This document shows positions 25,652-38,613 of a stretch of 64,000 nt of DNA, in pieces; the first letter of the stretch is position 1, and each line of letters starts with the position of its first letter. The notes below the pieces were generated by a model. It made no database searches and was not told where the DNA came from. It saw only the letters and a program-made list of their open reading frames with translations. The translations under genes were made by a program, and so were the position numbers. Source of the DNA: Glycera tridactyla. Taxonomy: Eukaryota. The DNA lies in the NCBI GenBank assembly GCA_965644265.1, contig OZ286461.1:48236001-48300000 (forward strand), written 5' to 3'.

Positions 25652-28600
25652 TGACAAGATCTGGTTGTACTTCCACTCAACCAGTATATCATCAGATTCT
25701 GCTATTTCAATATTGTATGACCCAGTGCATGCCAACTGGGATATCAAATGCCGGGTGTGTATGGGAGTATTTACATGAAAAAAACAAACAATACTGTCCT
25801 TTGCAAAGAGTATGGGATTACTTTGGCAGCCATGCCTTCTTTCTTCAGCTTTTTCCAGTAAAATATGACTCAAGGAGGTTGAAAGGATCAATATTTTCCG
25901 AAGCTTGATTGAGAGATTTTCATTTAGTGAAAACATGAGAGGGTGCACATATCTGTGGATAGGTTTGATGGGGTCAGACATGGCGTGCACCATGGCATTA
26001 AATACCAGAGATTACATCTGTGATGTGGTGGAGGATGACACAAGAGTGCCATCATTCCCATTAATAAAACATTCCTCATGAGAAAAAGGAGACATTTCCA
26101 CTAAGTCATGATTCAAACTAGGGAGCTATGATGCTCCCCAACCTCAAAGCAATTTGCCTTCAAAATTTGTGAAAACAAAAGAATCGCAAGAGTAGTGCAA
26201 TTAGAATAAAGATCAAAAATTGGAGTGATGGATTTATTTTGTATGAAGTTGGTATTCAAGATGGTGAGGGTGAATGGGTCTGATATGGGGAAAAACACAT
26301 TTGCCCTCATAGCCAAGTGGAATTCCAACACTAACAGACCCTGTCAGCAGAACTCAAGTGATTGGACTGGGGCCAAGTGTCTCCATCTTGTGGAATGCTG
26401 CCAACGTCACATCTGAAACACCCTACATGGAAGGGTGACGCATGGATACGCCCCCCCTGTGGACCAGGCTCACCAACTAAAGTCTCCTCTGAACCATCAG
26501 AGATGTCCTCAGAAAATCATCTACAAGAGAGTGAGAATTTTCAATCATCAGACCCTTTTCCAAAATGTAAACATTGACATGTGTAATTGACGAGGACAAA
26601 GTTCTTCACATTTGTTTGTATTTGTGAGAAAAAAATTGTTTCATTTCGTTGGATCACTTCCCTGCTTACTTTTTTGAGCTGTGAACTGATAAAATATCAA
26701 AATAATTGAAGAATGCTGCCTCATGTAATTTATTCTGTAGCACCTTTTACATTCATGTTAAGGCAGTGTTTATAGAATCCATCCTGCCTGGGCATACCAC
26801 CAACTGGGCCCTACCACTTGGAAGCCATCCCATCGCATATTATATTACTATGATAAGAAACCTGATTAGAACACCAAACATGGAAACATGAAATAATTGC
26901 ATGGAAAAACAAACAGTATGACACCAAGCTGGATTTCTTGCGCACAGATTTTATCAGAAGAGATCATTTCAACATTATTTTTTTTTAATCTTGATTCTTT
27001 GTCAGCTGCCACTCACAGCTAAATACATTTATAACACATTGGGAACTGCCACCCCTGGGAATATTTCTTCACACATCAGCTTGAAAATCATGTACCTACC
27101 ACGTAAAATTCTGATCACTAAGTGAATTCAACTCATAACATGATTAAGTATGGAAAGTCGTTTAGAAATGGTCAATTTACTAAACATGAATGTTGAGATC
27201 ATGACAGCATGTCTGTTGAACATGCGCATCAGGTGATGTATCTTTGCCAAGTCTTGACACGTTTATGGTAGCATATGAATACATATCATAAATCCATAAA
27301 AGCAAACATAAGTACACTTCAGTAAAACTCTCCCGGTAAACTGCTTTAAAAAGAAAACACAGCATGGGAGCTCCTAAGTCTGATCCATAAAAAAAGTGGT
27401 CTTTGTAGACAGGTGATCATTTTAGACAGGTTCTTCTACTGTAGAGAATACTGTCAAGGTCTCTCCTCAGGGTGGTCTTTGTAGGCAAGTGGCCTTTGTA
27501 TGAAGGTGACCTCTCATGTTGATTTAATTGTACAGACAACTCACAATTGGGTAGGGAGCTACAAACATCACAAAAGCGGTGTGCCTGTTTTCACCGCTTC
27601 TTCTACTGCATCATCACGTTTAATTTTCAACTGTCAATATTTCACGAGTAAAAATACATGTACACATGCATCTCACTACAGACATCCCTGATATACTCTA
27701 GTACTGCAATCTCTCCTACATTAACATGATAAATGCCTCTATTCTGGGCACCTGTTACTGCATCAGTGCAATTTTCTCCATGAGTAACGCACCTTATTAC
27801 ACGCCCCTAATATACACTTGAGGTGCTCCCTACCATCTTCTCCCCACCCCCATCAACTAGAATTTAGTCATACTAGTCTAATGAGAGTCCTGTTGGAGGA
27901 GAGTCTCAAAAACCACATGTCCTATCTAAATTGAGATTGGACAACTTCATTCTAAATTGAGCAAGAGCATGAAGGAGGGAAATTTCCATCCTCCTTCTTG
28001 GCAAGCTTCCATCATTGGTCATTTTATTCAGAGAGTGTGCAATATCAACTAATGTCTTGCTAAATCAAATTTCCTTCCTACAGTTCATTGATGTTCAGAA
28101 ATGATGAGAAACTTTCAAATATCATACAAGATAAATGTTATGGAAGTTGGTAAAGTGTTGTAAGGATTCCCATGAGAGACCTGAAATTTGCAGTCGCCAT
28201 GAGTCGAGGAAAGATTCTGGATGGAACTCTGAAAGCTTCTCAAGTTTTCCAACCATAATTGAGAGTATCGTGAGTTTTCTACATCGGATGATTAAATTAA
28301 GTTCAAAAAAAGAAAAATCGGTCAGTTTTATTGACAGAAAAAATATCACCGCATAGGAAATACCCTACATTTATGAACAATTTAATTAATGTGAGTGAGG
28401 AAGGGTCAGACAATTGAGGGGAATTTTCAAGCAGGTATAAATCATGGCACTTTCCAACCAATTTCAGGCCGAATATCACAGCAGGAGAGGTACTTATAAC
28501 TATTATACAGTCCATATAATTTCTTGGAAAAGTATACTTAATGCATGAAACTCTTGAATATGGTTAAACCGGATGAATAATTTCAAGTACACAGTAAAAG

Positions 28601-28916
28601 GTGGTGATAGTTGGCTGGGGTGGGGGGGTTACTGGTCGTTGGTGACCCTAAGCAGAAGCCGCGATAGGGATTTCTCGGAAATCTAGTCTAAGAATGCTAT
28701 TCATGGTAGATGCCAGATAGATGCCAGAGGCAAGTGCCGTGACAATTTGTACTCAAAGCTAGATCAAATCTGGCATCAATCTCCGGCGAAAAAAAGGTGA
28801 TATTTAACCATACAATTCACCCCACCAGTTCATCAATGGTCACTTTCAAGTATATATACCAATATTCTTGTACCACATTTGGTGTACATCAGCAGTTCAA
28901 TGGAATGTCTATTTGA

Positions 28917-28997
28917 CAGTCTCTGAAGAGACCACCTTTCTCTCTCAAAACCATTTCTTGGTGACATTTTGGGTGGTCTCTCATCGCAGGTTCACTG
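28917..28997. mobile_element. Short, degenerate CAGT…ACTG MITE
   Basis: GAGACCACC…GGTGGTCTC inner inverted motifs and right TIR CAGGTTCACTG|TA; left end decayed. Confidence 0.55.
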
Positions 28998-29027
28998 TAC
29001 TGTTCAAACGATCAATATATCATCCAT

Positions 29028-29028
<1 letters not shown>

Positions 29029-29076
<48 letters not shown>

Positions 29077-29082
29077 CAATCA
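29029..29082. repeat. (CAAT)n microsatellite
   Basis: Read directly. Confidence 0.95.
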
Positions 29083-32000
29083 GAGGGTGGGAATATTATT
29101 GATAAAAGTTGAAGAAGGAGGTCAAGGGGTTATCCTCAATATGACCCTGAAAGTGGGACAGGTGGAATTCTTCCCAAGAAAATCAAATCACTTACAAATC
29201 AAAGCTAGCGATGCCAGCTGACCAATTTACATCAATCACCAGACATCATTCAAATCATGATGGGGTCTCTCACCTGTACCTCAAGGCACTGCTTCAGCAA
29301 TATTTCCTGACCCAATCTTCACCACAATAGACCATAGTCAGTCTGTATGTGTGCATGTAAAAGGCCTCTCTGGAACTGGGTGAAATTATCCAGCAGCTCC
29401 ACGAGTACAGGAATTTCCAGGTGATTGTCACCAGATTTTGACAAAAGGAGCAGACAATAGCTAATGGTCTTGACCTTCCTCAAATGGAAAGTGTCAGATT
29501 CGATACCTGATGCAAACCCAAACAAATAACAACAAAGATTTGAATGAGCAATCTTTTCATGCACAGAAGTAAATATACTTGAGTGTGTTGAGTTACAAGT
29601 AGCCATTGTATTTGACATACAGTGGGGAAATAATGTAGATTAACCAAAATTCATTTTTGATACCTAGTCATTCTATGATGTAAAATTGAACAACTTCAAA
29701 GCTGCAGTCTGCCCAGTGACTTATCCCTATTTCAAATTAGCAAGGGAAAAAATAAGTCTCAGTGGGATATGATGGAGCCTGCGAATACATATGAAGCAAA
29801 AAAACAACTTTTATTATACATTTCAAGCGCCACGCTTAGTTGAGACAGTAACAAATGACACCATTTGTAATAAGTGGTTTATTTGACTCACTGAAGAGAG
29901 AACCCTGGGTTCAGTTTGTACATTTTTCAGGTACAAGTTGCAAATTTGGTTCTGAGATGAGTTGCTCTAAGTCCAGTAATGAGATGCACATTTCATTTTG
30001 TAACCAAAAATTCATCTTCAGCTCAGGTTTCATCAGATTCCTGGCACCCACCTTACTTGTCTTGCTGTCTTACCTCATGCCCTAGTACTTGGTTTCTGAA
30101 TCAGGTCTCTAGTCCCCAGATGGCTACCAGCCGCATTCACAGTCAATGTTGAGGGTATGTTTTTTTCTACCGCACTCAATATTTCTGCAGTAAGTTATGT
30201 ACATAAACATGATGAATATCCTCAAAACAAACCATAAACTGTGCAAATGTTGAACATACTGGAGTTTCAAGTTACACTCAATTTCCCTAATGTTGTTTCA
30301 AAGTAGCAAAATGCAATCTCTCAACACAATGGTGGTTTTTTTATTGGAACTCTCTTCCTCCTCCTTTCCAGACATAAGGTGAAGTAAGTCTGACCTGCCA
30401 TGTGTCACCAATGTCACACTTGTTGAAACGTGACCCCCCTGAATACAATCACCCCAAATATCCAGGTACCTCACCCCAAATTATGTTCTCAATCTTCACC
30501 CACTCACAGCTGTGCTTACCCTCTTTGCACATATGAAGATTTTTCACCTGCTTTACAAATTGAGGTATGCTTTGATCAGCCAGACTGCATTTGAACAGTG
30601 TATTCCTGAGAGAGTGGCCTTACATTGTAGGTCATCCTGGGGGTTTAGTTCACTTACAGAAAACCTGACTCAACTGGTTCTACATGGGGACTTAGCTGTC
30701 CGAACAAAGTACGGCAATGCCATCTGATGAGAAACTATGAAATTCCGTAAGTGTGAAGAACCAGTAGTTTCTCTGAGTACAAATCTGTGAACAAGCATCA
30801 CTCAACAGCAAAAGGTGGAGGTGGGGGTCCAGGTTAGGGGGTTACAGACACTCATTTGACATCACATATCCCAGCTACGAAAACCAGGCTCGAAACTGAA
30901 GATATCCAGATCCTGTAACAATACATTACTGTGTGGTGTGAATCAGCACTATGGTGTTGCAACAATTGCACCATTGAAAAAGTCAAAAAAATATCAATGA
31001 CTAGTATAAACTTGCCCCATTTTACAGGGGGATAGATATCCTTACATGATTTTTGTCGTACAGCTGAGCAAGCTCCAAGCTTCGAAACTGACTGAGTGGA
31101 ACCATCCATATTCATGTCAATTAGATGCCTCAACAAATGCCCTGATGTTTTTTTTTTCACGCACAGAATAATTGCACTTTTTTTTTACAACAATGAGATA
31201 GTATGACAGAGAAACCAACTAAGACAAGAAAAGAATAAACTACAATTAAAAAGAGGTAATACAAAACAGGACAAGGTTCTCTTGCTATAATGAGGTATAT
31301 ATCTATGTTAATCAAAATGAGGGCTTCTAAAGAGTGGTCTCGCAAAACAGGTGGTCTCCCTTTAAGGGTAAACTGATGTAAACTGGGGCCTGATGGTTCT
31401 ACAAAAGATTCTGGAAACACACAATTTTCATTGTGAATACCATTAAATTTCCCCCATTCAAAGAGGCCAACTAGAAAACACACACATGCACGCACACACG
31501 CATGCACACACATGCACCCACACACAATCCGTGTGCAACACCGAGGTGGTACTCTTGTTATAATATCTAAAAGTCAACAAGTGGTGAAAAAATAGGGTGT
31601 AAAATCCTCTGAGTGGGTTGGTATGACAAGCAACACAGGCAAGTTTTAGATACCACAACACTCCCCGCCACGGGCTATAGAAACATTCCAGTTGATAAAA
31701 CTGTTACCAGGTTACCAGAACCATTTTGGGCCCAGCTCTCATTTCTAACCAATGAATACTCTACTTCAAGTTGGAATCAACCACTTTCAATTCATCATCA
31801 GGGCTGGAAAAATAACCAGACATACAGGTTGATTGCATGTGTTTCCAATTTAGGAAAAAATGATATATATCACATTTTGCCAAAATCATTCATCTTTCCT
31901 GAATATTTTGTGGCTATAATATAAGGATGTGAAAAATCTGAAAAAGGGCTAAGACAATGACCCCAAGCCCAACCATTCCACAGCTTGCCACACATGGAGA

Positions 32001-35000
32001 CCACAGGGATCAATCAGCAATCAGTCAGGGGCTTTCTCAATTCTTAATATTTCTACAGTCATCTCACAATGCAGATTGCTCCAGCATGAAGGAAAAGTGG
32101 GAAGGATATAAAGTTATAAAGGGGAAAACTCCAACAGTTAAGACTGTCTCCCATTGTTCACCCAGGGTACCCAGCATTTTTGGGATAACCTCATAAACCA
32201 AGAATAAACAATTATCCAAAATGCTAATCCCGGTATATCTAGGCATGTACTTCATTTGGTATTTCACTTTTTTTTTCAAATCACACACCAAGAAGTGGCA
32301 AGCACCTGTTTATTTTACATCAGCCCTGTACAGAATGATTAGTCTGATAATGTTTTTCTACTGGTGTAACTTTTCTCAGTAAACATGTGTTTCCCTCAAA
32401 ATAACTAAAGTATTCCCAAAACAAAAATCACTTTAACCATTCTTATCATCAACTTCATTCCAAATGTAAGTCCATGTGCAAAAGGCACATGAGATGTGAC
32501 AAAAGAAATATGCCCTGAAATGCATGGTATATCTTATAATAGCCCAGATTCATCAGACTTGCACCCACAAGGGCACATATTCTGTTACGATAGAATTTCC
32601 AAAAGTATAGAATGAAGTCACACAGATAGATCATTCACCAGCAAAGTAAACCCAAACTAGGAGTTCACTAAAAGAGTTTTCAACATCATGTTATCAAAGG
32701 AACCTGTGATAAGGTCCAACAAAAGATGGAGAAAGAACTTTAATAAATGGAAATAAATGAAATATGAATACTGAAATAGATTGCTAGATTATCAAGATAG
32801 TTCCAATCTGCACCATAAGTTCTCTGCTCAAGCTCCACTAATATTGGTTCTAATCTAATTATCAATGGAGAATTCTTGTCATACATGGCCCTTTTCTGTC
32901 ACCTATGTAACTTGCTGTAGGTACCCTCGCAAAACATAGAAACCCATGGATTCACAGGACTATCACATCCCCCATCATATACAAGAGGCTACAGAGAAGT
33001 CTGCAACATCTGGCCATACTGAGGCTGGGTGCGAAACATGTCAATGCAACTGAAAGACGTGATATGCAGATGCACTTGACAAACAATAGCACCATATCAA
33101 GTTTCAAACACATGTATATATCACATGCAGCATGCATATCATACTCCAACTGAAAACACATGCTAAAGCTGCTCCTTCAAACATAGCTGGCATAACCCAA
33201 GCCAAAGAACTATTATATTTCTTATTACATTTACCCTAATATTTTGTATTCACACTTCCTCCTCATTCATTGTCGCCATTATTGCCACCTTTCAGAGCTG
33301 GGAATTTATTAACCAATTCCATTTTAATCTATTCTGAAGTTGAAGATAATCACTGAAGCCAATTGGGGAATGTTCAGTACAGTTGGAATCTCATGCAATA
33401 AATAAATTTCCCCAATTCCATGAAATTGTGCATCAATGACCAAATAAGCACCCATTGAGAAAGGAAAGTTCCCCCAAACCAAGGACCAGTCAAGTTCCCA
33501 TCAATGGGTGCATCAATAACGTCCACTCCAAGATAACTTCATTCTCTATAATATCTCAACTGAGGTCTACAGAATACTATGTCTTGGCAACCAACATATG
33601 AAGAGTGCAAAATAACTTCATTGAGATTTCTCCTATTCCAAATATCTAAGGAGGCTGGGGCAAAATGATTCATGGATCGACCTCTATTATACCATGTGAT
33701 CCTCCTATCTTAATAATGCCCTAGGGGTTACATGCAATATAGCCATTGTTGTTTGTAAAGGTCATCCCCCATCAAACCAGCTCATGAAGATATTATGCTA
33801 GCAAATACATGTACCATCAATTTGACAAGGAATGAATTACAGCTGAACTTGTTCAAAAGGACCCCTCTGTATAATGGCTACTTGCCTACTGGGACCACCA
33901 TGAGATAGTTGTGATGGTTGTTTCTACCATTATGACCACAAAGAATATGATGAATGATGTGGTGGAAAGCTCCAGATGACACAACCAGTCTTGTGTAGAT
34001 AACTTTTGCATGATATCCATAGTTGTTCTTAAAATTTGAAGCTTTCAGAATCCATCCAGGCGTTCTCATCACCAAAAGGCTACTGCAGCTAGTTGGTGGT
34101 GTTGTCACATGGTTGGGTCTTTGCGAGATCACATATCTGGAGTGCGTCCCAATATATTGGAAGGAGGAAGTGCCAGCCCCAGTCCTTGTTTAGCAGGGAT
34201 GGATGCTGAAGATAAACACCATTTCTGCTATGCCTCTAAAATGGGTGGAATCTTATGTGAGGCGCCTAATAGCCTATAAAGGGTTGCAGGGGAAATTTCA
34301 TGGAAGTCTTTCAGGTACATGTTGCGATTCTCAGATGATGTTTGCAGGTTAATGATGAAGCAAAGATAGACAGAGCTAATATTGACATAAAATACAACAA
34401 AAGGAACACGCTGAGAAGAGTCTTATTTGAAGAAAAGGTTCGTGTGACACTTGTCTAATAAAGATGCAAACATTGTTGAGACATACACAAGATGTGGAGG
34501 GATGGCACAATATTAGTTTTGTAGCAATTGTGAACCCGCTTTCACCCATCATTTTAACCCAATGCTGACAGCACCTCAACACCCGAAGATAAATTTTAGA
34601 ATGTTGCAAGAAATGGCAATTTCACCATCCTCAGTCCAACTTTATAATGACAATAATGGGCGCCAATGGATATTTCAGTATTCACCAAGAAACAGATAAT
34701 ACTGTAGGACAATGGAAACTGTTTGGCCAGTTACTAGATAAATATTCATGTGTGAAAATATTTTCGGTTTTTTTCCTGACAATACTTCATCCAAACAGAT
34801 ATAACTGAGTTCAAAACAGAGGACCCATTATTGAGAGGGCATTATCAAATAAGTCCATTGGAACTGAAATTCAGTTCAGTGCATGATAAATGAATCCAAC
34901 ACACATCACTAACTGTAGGATATTCTAAATGTAACCCCCTCCTTAGTCCATCATCCTCTCTATCAACACCATGAAGTATACAGGGATACAGTTGAACCTG

Positions 35001-38000
35001 CTTCAGGGACCACCTCTATATGATGGCCACCTGCCTACAAAGGTCTTCTTGAACAAAGGCCACAATAGTACTTTCTACTGTAAACATCCTTTCTATACCA
35101 AACCATTGGTCATTTGTAGATAGATTCAAGTACACAATATACTGGGAATTCTTGAGTAAATTACAAGTGACTGCACTCAAAGGGTCCCGACTCTGGGCAA
35201 AGTCAACAAGTCAGAATACCTGCATTACAGTTGCATTATTGTACCTGAAGTCATGGATGAATACAGGCAGGAAATCATAAACCAGCAGACAGGAAATAAC
35301 TAATTACTTTGTGTTACTGGAAAAAAGTTCCCAGATCAGGCATTCTTCAATGTAAACATATACTCAATTTGGCTGATCTATCATGAAATCTCAGGTTTCT
35401 GTCCTGTATTTATTTCATCCATCAAATACAAAGGATGCACCTCTAGTCTGTTCAATTCAAGAAACCTATCTTTCCACAGGGATAGGATGATTTTTATGGT
35501 TTTCTTAAAGTGAACATTGATTGGTAGAAGTTCTTGGCGAAAATAAAAACATGAGTGTATGCAGGCAATATGAGGAAGAGATCTGATTGGCTAATAATTG
35601 GCTAATAATTGGTCCTCTGACATCTATTGACAAGGTATCACTGAGGTTGAAGTGTCCCACCTACTGTAGAAAGTAGTGGCTAGTCCACCAAGTACCTGAT
35701 TATTGTAAATGGAAGGAGGGTGGAGGGGGGCTGAGGGGGTGCCAAGTCATTGGAATCCCTGACGCAACATTGTCACAAATTCAATGGATTCAGAAACATG
35801 TCCGATGGTATTCCCAATGATATTCCACAAAACAATAAATCACAAGGGTGATCAGACACTGGAACAAACCAGTTGAAACTTTTACATCAGTGATGTTTAT
35901 TTTAGTGACTAACAAGAAAAAAATCCACATTGAAAACACTGAGCATACACACCCACGGACAATAATTCCTCAAACCTTTGGTTTGAAACTCAAAAAAAGT
36001 AACTCTCAATTTTCTAAAAAATCATCGAATCTTCTTAAATTTTGCCAAGAGGGTGTTCTTGTTGTAGCAGAACGATTTAGATGAGTAATGTCCATCCTGG
36101 AAGAGGTCTGAAGTTGTCATTACGACCCAATTGTTCCTGGCGTGTTGACCGGTGACATCATAATCTCCGTCTAGGTGTCATGATGGGGTGTAAATCCTCT
36201 TGAACATGGTTGTGAAGTGGTCATGGTTGCAGGGTAACAATGACACATTGTGACACCTGCATACAGTGATCATGTCATCACCCCATGTCACCTGACATTC
36301 AACGACCTCACAAGTCTCTCTCCATGACAACATGACCTCCTTAACAACTGCACAAATTTAGATCCACACACCTCAACGACCCATTTCAGTGACTACATCC
36401 TAAATTGGTGTAGGTGCTTCTACCCATTGTGGTTCATTCAGGAAGCAATTTGATTGGAAGAATTTACTCCAGTTTTTAGCCACATGCAATCCACCATCTC
36501 CTCCCTACATGCTACCTAGAATAATATTTCCTGTAGCATATTTGGCTGAAACAGCTAACCCCTAATTTGGTCAAAAAGATTGTGAGATTATCTCAACTTT
36601 TCAATCAAACTTGTCTTGAACTGGTAGATCAAATTCCAGATAAGAGAATCCCCCCCCCCCCCTTCCCCTCCAAATTATAAAACAGATTTCTTGTGACTAT
36701 GCGAGTTCTATAATTATACCAGATATAATTCCTGTGTTAATTTGCACCAACCTATTTTCCATTGACCAATCATTGTCATTTTCTGTTTATCCAAACTCGT
36801 ACGTATAGTTCATCTTTAAATAGGAAAACCACAGTCTTGGCATCCAATAGAGTTTGAGGTTCTCTTGCTGAGCAGACTATAGTAATGTGGTTGTAGGTGC
36901 AAGTCTTCACATGGCTAAACATAATCTGCCCGGATAAGGTGGATACAATCCACATGTTTGCATGCAGTCCCAATTGGAAGCAGATGTGCAGTGCCAGTGA
37001 CCACAGGCCTGGATCTTGCTATATGAGCTACAGATGTTAGCCAACACTGACCACCGGAATGTAGTTATTGGTTATCCCCCAAGTTCATGAAGAAGAGAGG
37101 GGCTGATCCACTCCAGAGTGCACTTGCTATGTGCTAATAGATAGCCCCCAGAGATAGCCCCTACATGTTTGAATCAGTTTCTCTTTGGGCAGCTTCATTT
37201 CATACCCACCTGTCCAATTAACAATGGAGAATATACATGAATGATAAGTTGAAGTAGGCCTTGTCAGTCCATAGGTGGAACAGGCTGTGGTGAGATCTAC
37301 CTGTCTGGTAGGTCAGGTAAATTTCACTGATAATGTCATATCCTGTCGAGGTCTCTGATATCTGGTCACCATGACATCATCAGTGGGCATAAAATAAATC
37401 AATGGGCAATCCTGGTCAGTCACAAGGTGGATCTGGAAGCAATATTGAGATTGGCCCTGGTCCAAATGTATGGTTACCAAGTGGCCCACGTGGCCAGCAG
37501 TATCATGTCAGGTCAAGGGGTAATCAAGCAAACCCCACCTATATTGATACACCTGCGGGGAATCTACATTCACCACTAGACATGATCCAAGCCCCCCCCC
37601 CCCCCCCCCCTCATTTACAGCATACTGGATATTGAAAGGAAAGCCATTTGCGGATGAGAAAATTGTGTTCGGTAAATCTCTATTTTTCTGATTGACTTTG
37701 AATACACTGAGAATTCATCCTTCACAAGATTCTTCCAATCTGTGTTATGACTGAGGCTGAAAATGAACTCATTATTCCCAGTGATACAAACGTGAATATG
37801 GAACAATACCATGGCACAAACTTAACTTCATGAATGCTATCACAGATATTCGATAGCAATGCAGATGATTCCATATATTATGGCATGATTTCTGACAGGT
37901 TGATGGCAAAAGAGCATCATTATAATAATGTACTGACTGCATGTTTTTTGTTCAATAATTTATGGCCAGCATGCCTGGGGGTATGAGGTGTTGGACAGAC

Positions 38001-38241
38001 TAAAATGCATCGACTGTTTGCCACTTCCGCCATCATCATGAATCTAGCCTTTTCATACCCACTCAAAGATTCATACCTGACACACCTATATTAATCCCAA
38101 GCTTCCATATTTGATAGAATTGGAAAACACTGCAAGGAATAACGACTGATTGTGATAGGCTCCTAATTCACATTATCCAATGCTCATGAGAACATCCCTC
38201 AACCAAGACCACCTGTCCACAAAGACCAGCCTGGATGATGA

Positions 38242-38394
38242 CAGGGTGAGAAGACATCAGGAAAATCAACCTGCCCACCTGGAAAATCAACCTGCCCTAC
38301 TTGTATATGTAAGTCATTTATAATGAATTTCTTCCCGCCCACCTGGAAAATCTACCTGCCCCGGGCAGGAGGGCGGCCATCTCTTCTCACCCTG
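38242..38394 (+). mobile_element. CAGGG-ended MITE, 153 bp, apparent 5-bp TSD (copy 1)
   Basis: TIR CAGGGTGAGAAGA…TCTTCTCACCCTG; flanks GATGA/GATCA; internal ACCTGCCC repeats; lies 124 bp from the USP exon donor. Confidence 0.85.
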
Positions 38395-38517
38395 GATCAC
38401 CATCGTAGTGTTGTATACAGCAAACAACCTCTCTATAAAGGTCATCTGTAGACAAAGACATCTTTATAAGAAATCAGGGGATGGAGAAGAATGTGGTGAG
38501 TAAAAAAAGGGATTTAC

Positions 38518-38613
38518 CTTCAGTGCACAGAATATGCATGAATTGGTGCCCATACATGCATGGCCGGAGAACATTCGGAAGCCCCGTCGGAACGCATCGA
38601 GATGCCACAACAC
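38518..38613 (-). CDS. USP54: Internal coding exon of USP53/USP54-family (echinus-like) ubiquitin-specific protease; N-terminal USP domain with His/Cys Zn-binding motif
   Basis: 96 nt, phase 0/0. Acceptor tttttatttctgtttgcag|GTG, donor AAG|gtaaat. Translates [32 protein letters not shown], matching the USP53/54 segment VLW(Q/H)LD.FRRS.R...GH.C.G..CIFCALK recalled from human USP53/USP54. The USP53 vs USP54 label is not resolvable; invertebrates generally have one co-orthologue. Confidence 0.95.

Larger units (their letters stand above)
18273..38517 (-). other. 20,245-bp GT-AG intron of the USP53/54-like gene
   Basis: Bounded by gtaaat and ttgtag. The two flanking exons join without a gap relative to the known protein, so no constitutive exon is missing between them. 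Confidence 0.9.

Noticed and set aside
29319-29618. Minus-strand 99-aa ORF as an extra USP54 exon
   Set aside because: No similarity to the USP53/54 family, weak donor, and the flanking true exons already join seamlessly.
30720-30750. Hammerhead ribozyme core (CTGATGA…GAAA)
   Set aside because: No pairable stem II between the core motifs and no stems I/III.
34040-34195. Protein-like + strand frame (RIHPGVLITKRLLQLVGGVVTWLGLC…) as a nested exon
   Set aside because: No recognisable homology, no ATG and no convincing donor; cannot be supported without a search.
36436-36450. Minus-strand NCFLN (in FFQSNCFLNEPQ) resembling the USP catalytic Cys box
   Set aside because: It lies downstream of the VLWHLD exon, the wrong order. 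It lacks PG before and SAVQ after, sits in a short stop-bounded frame and has no convincing splice sites. Treated as coincidence.
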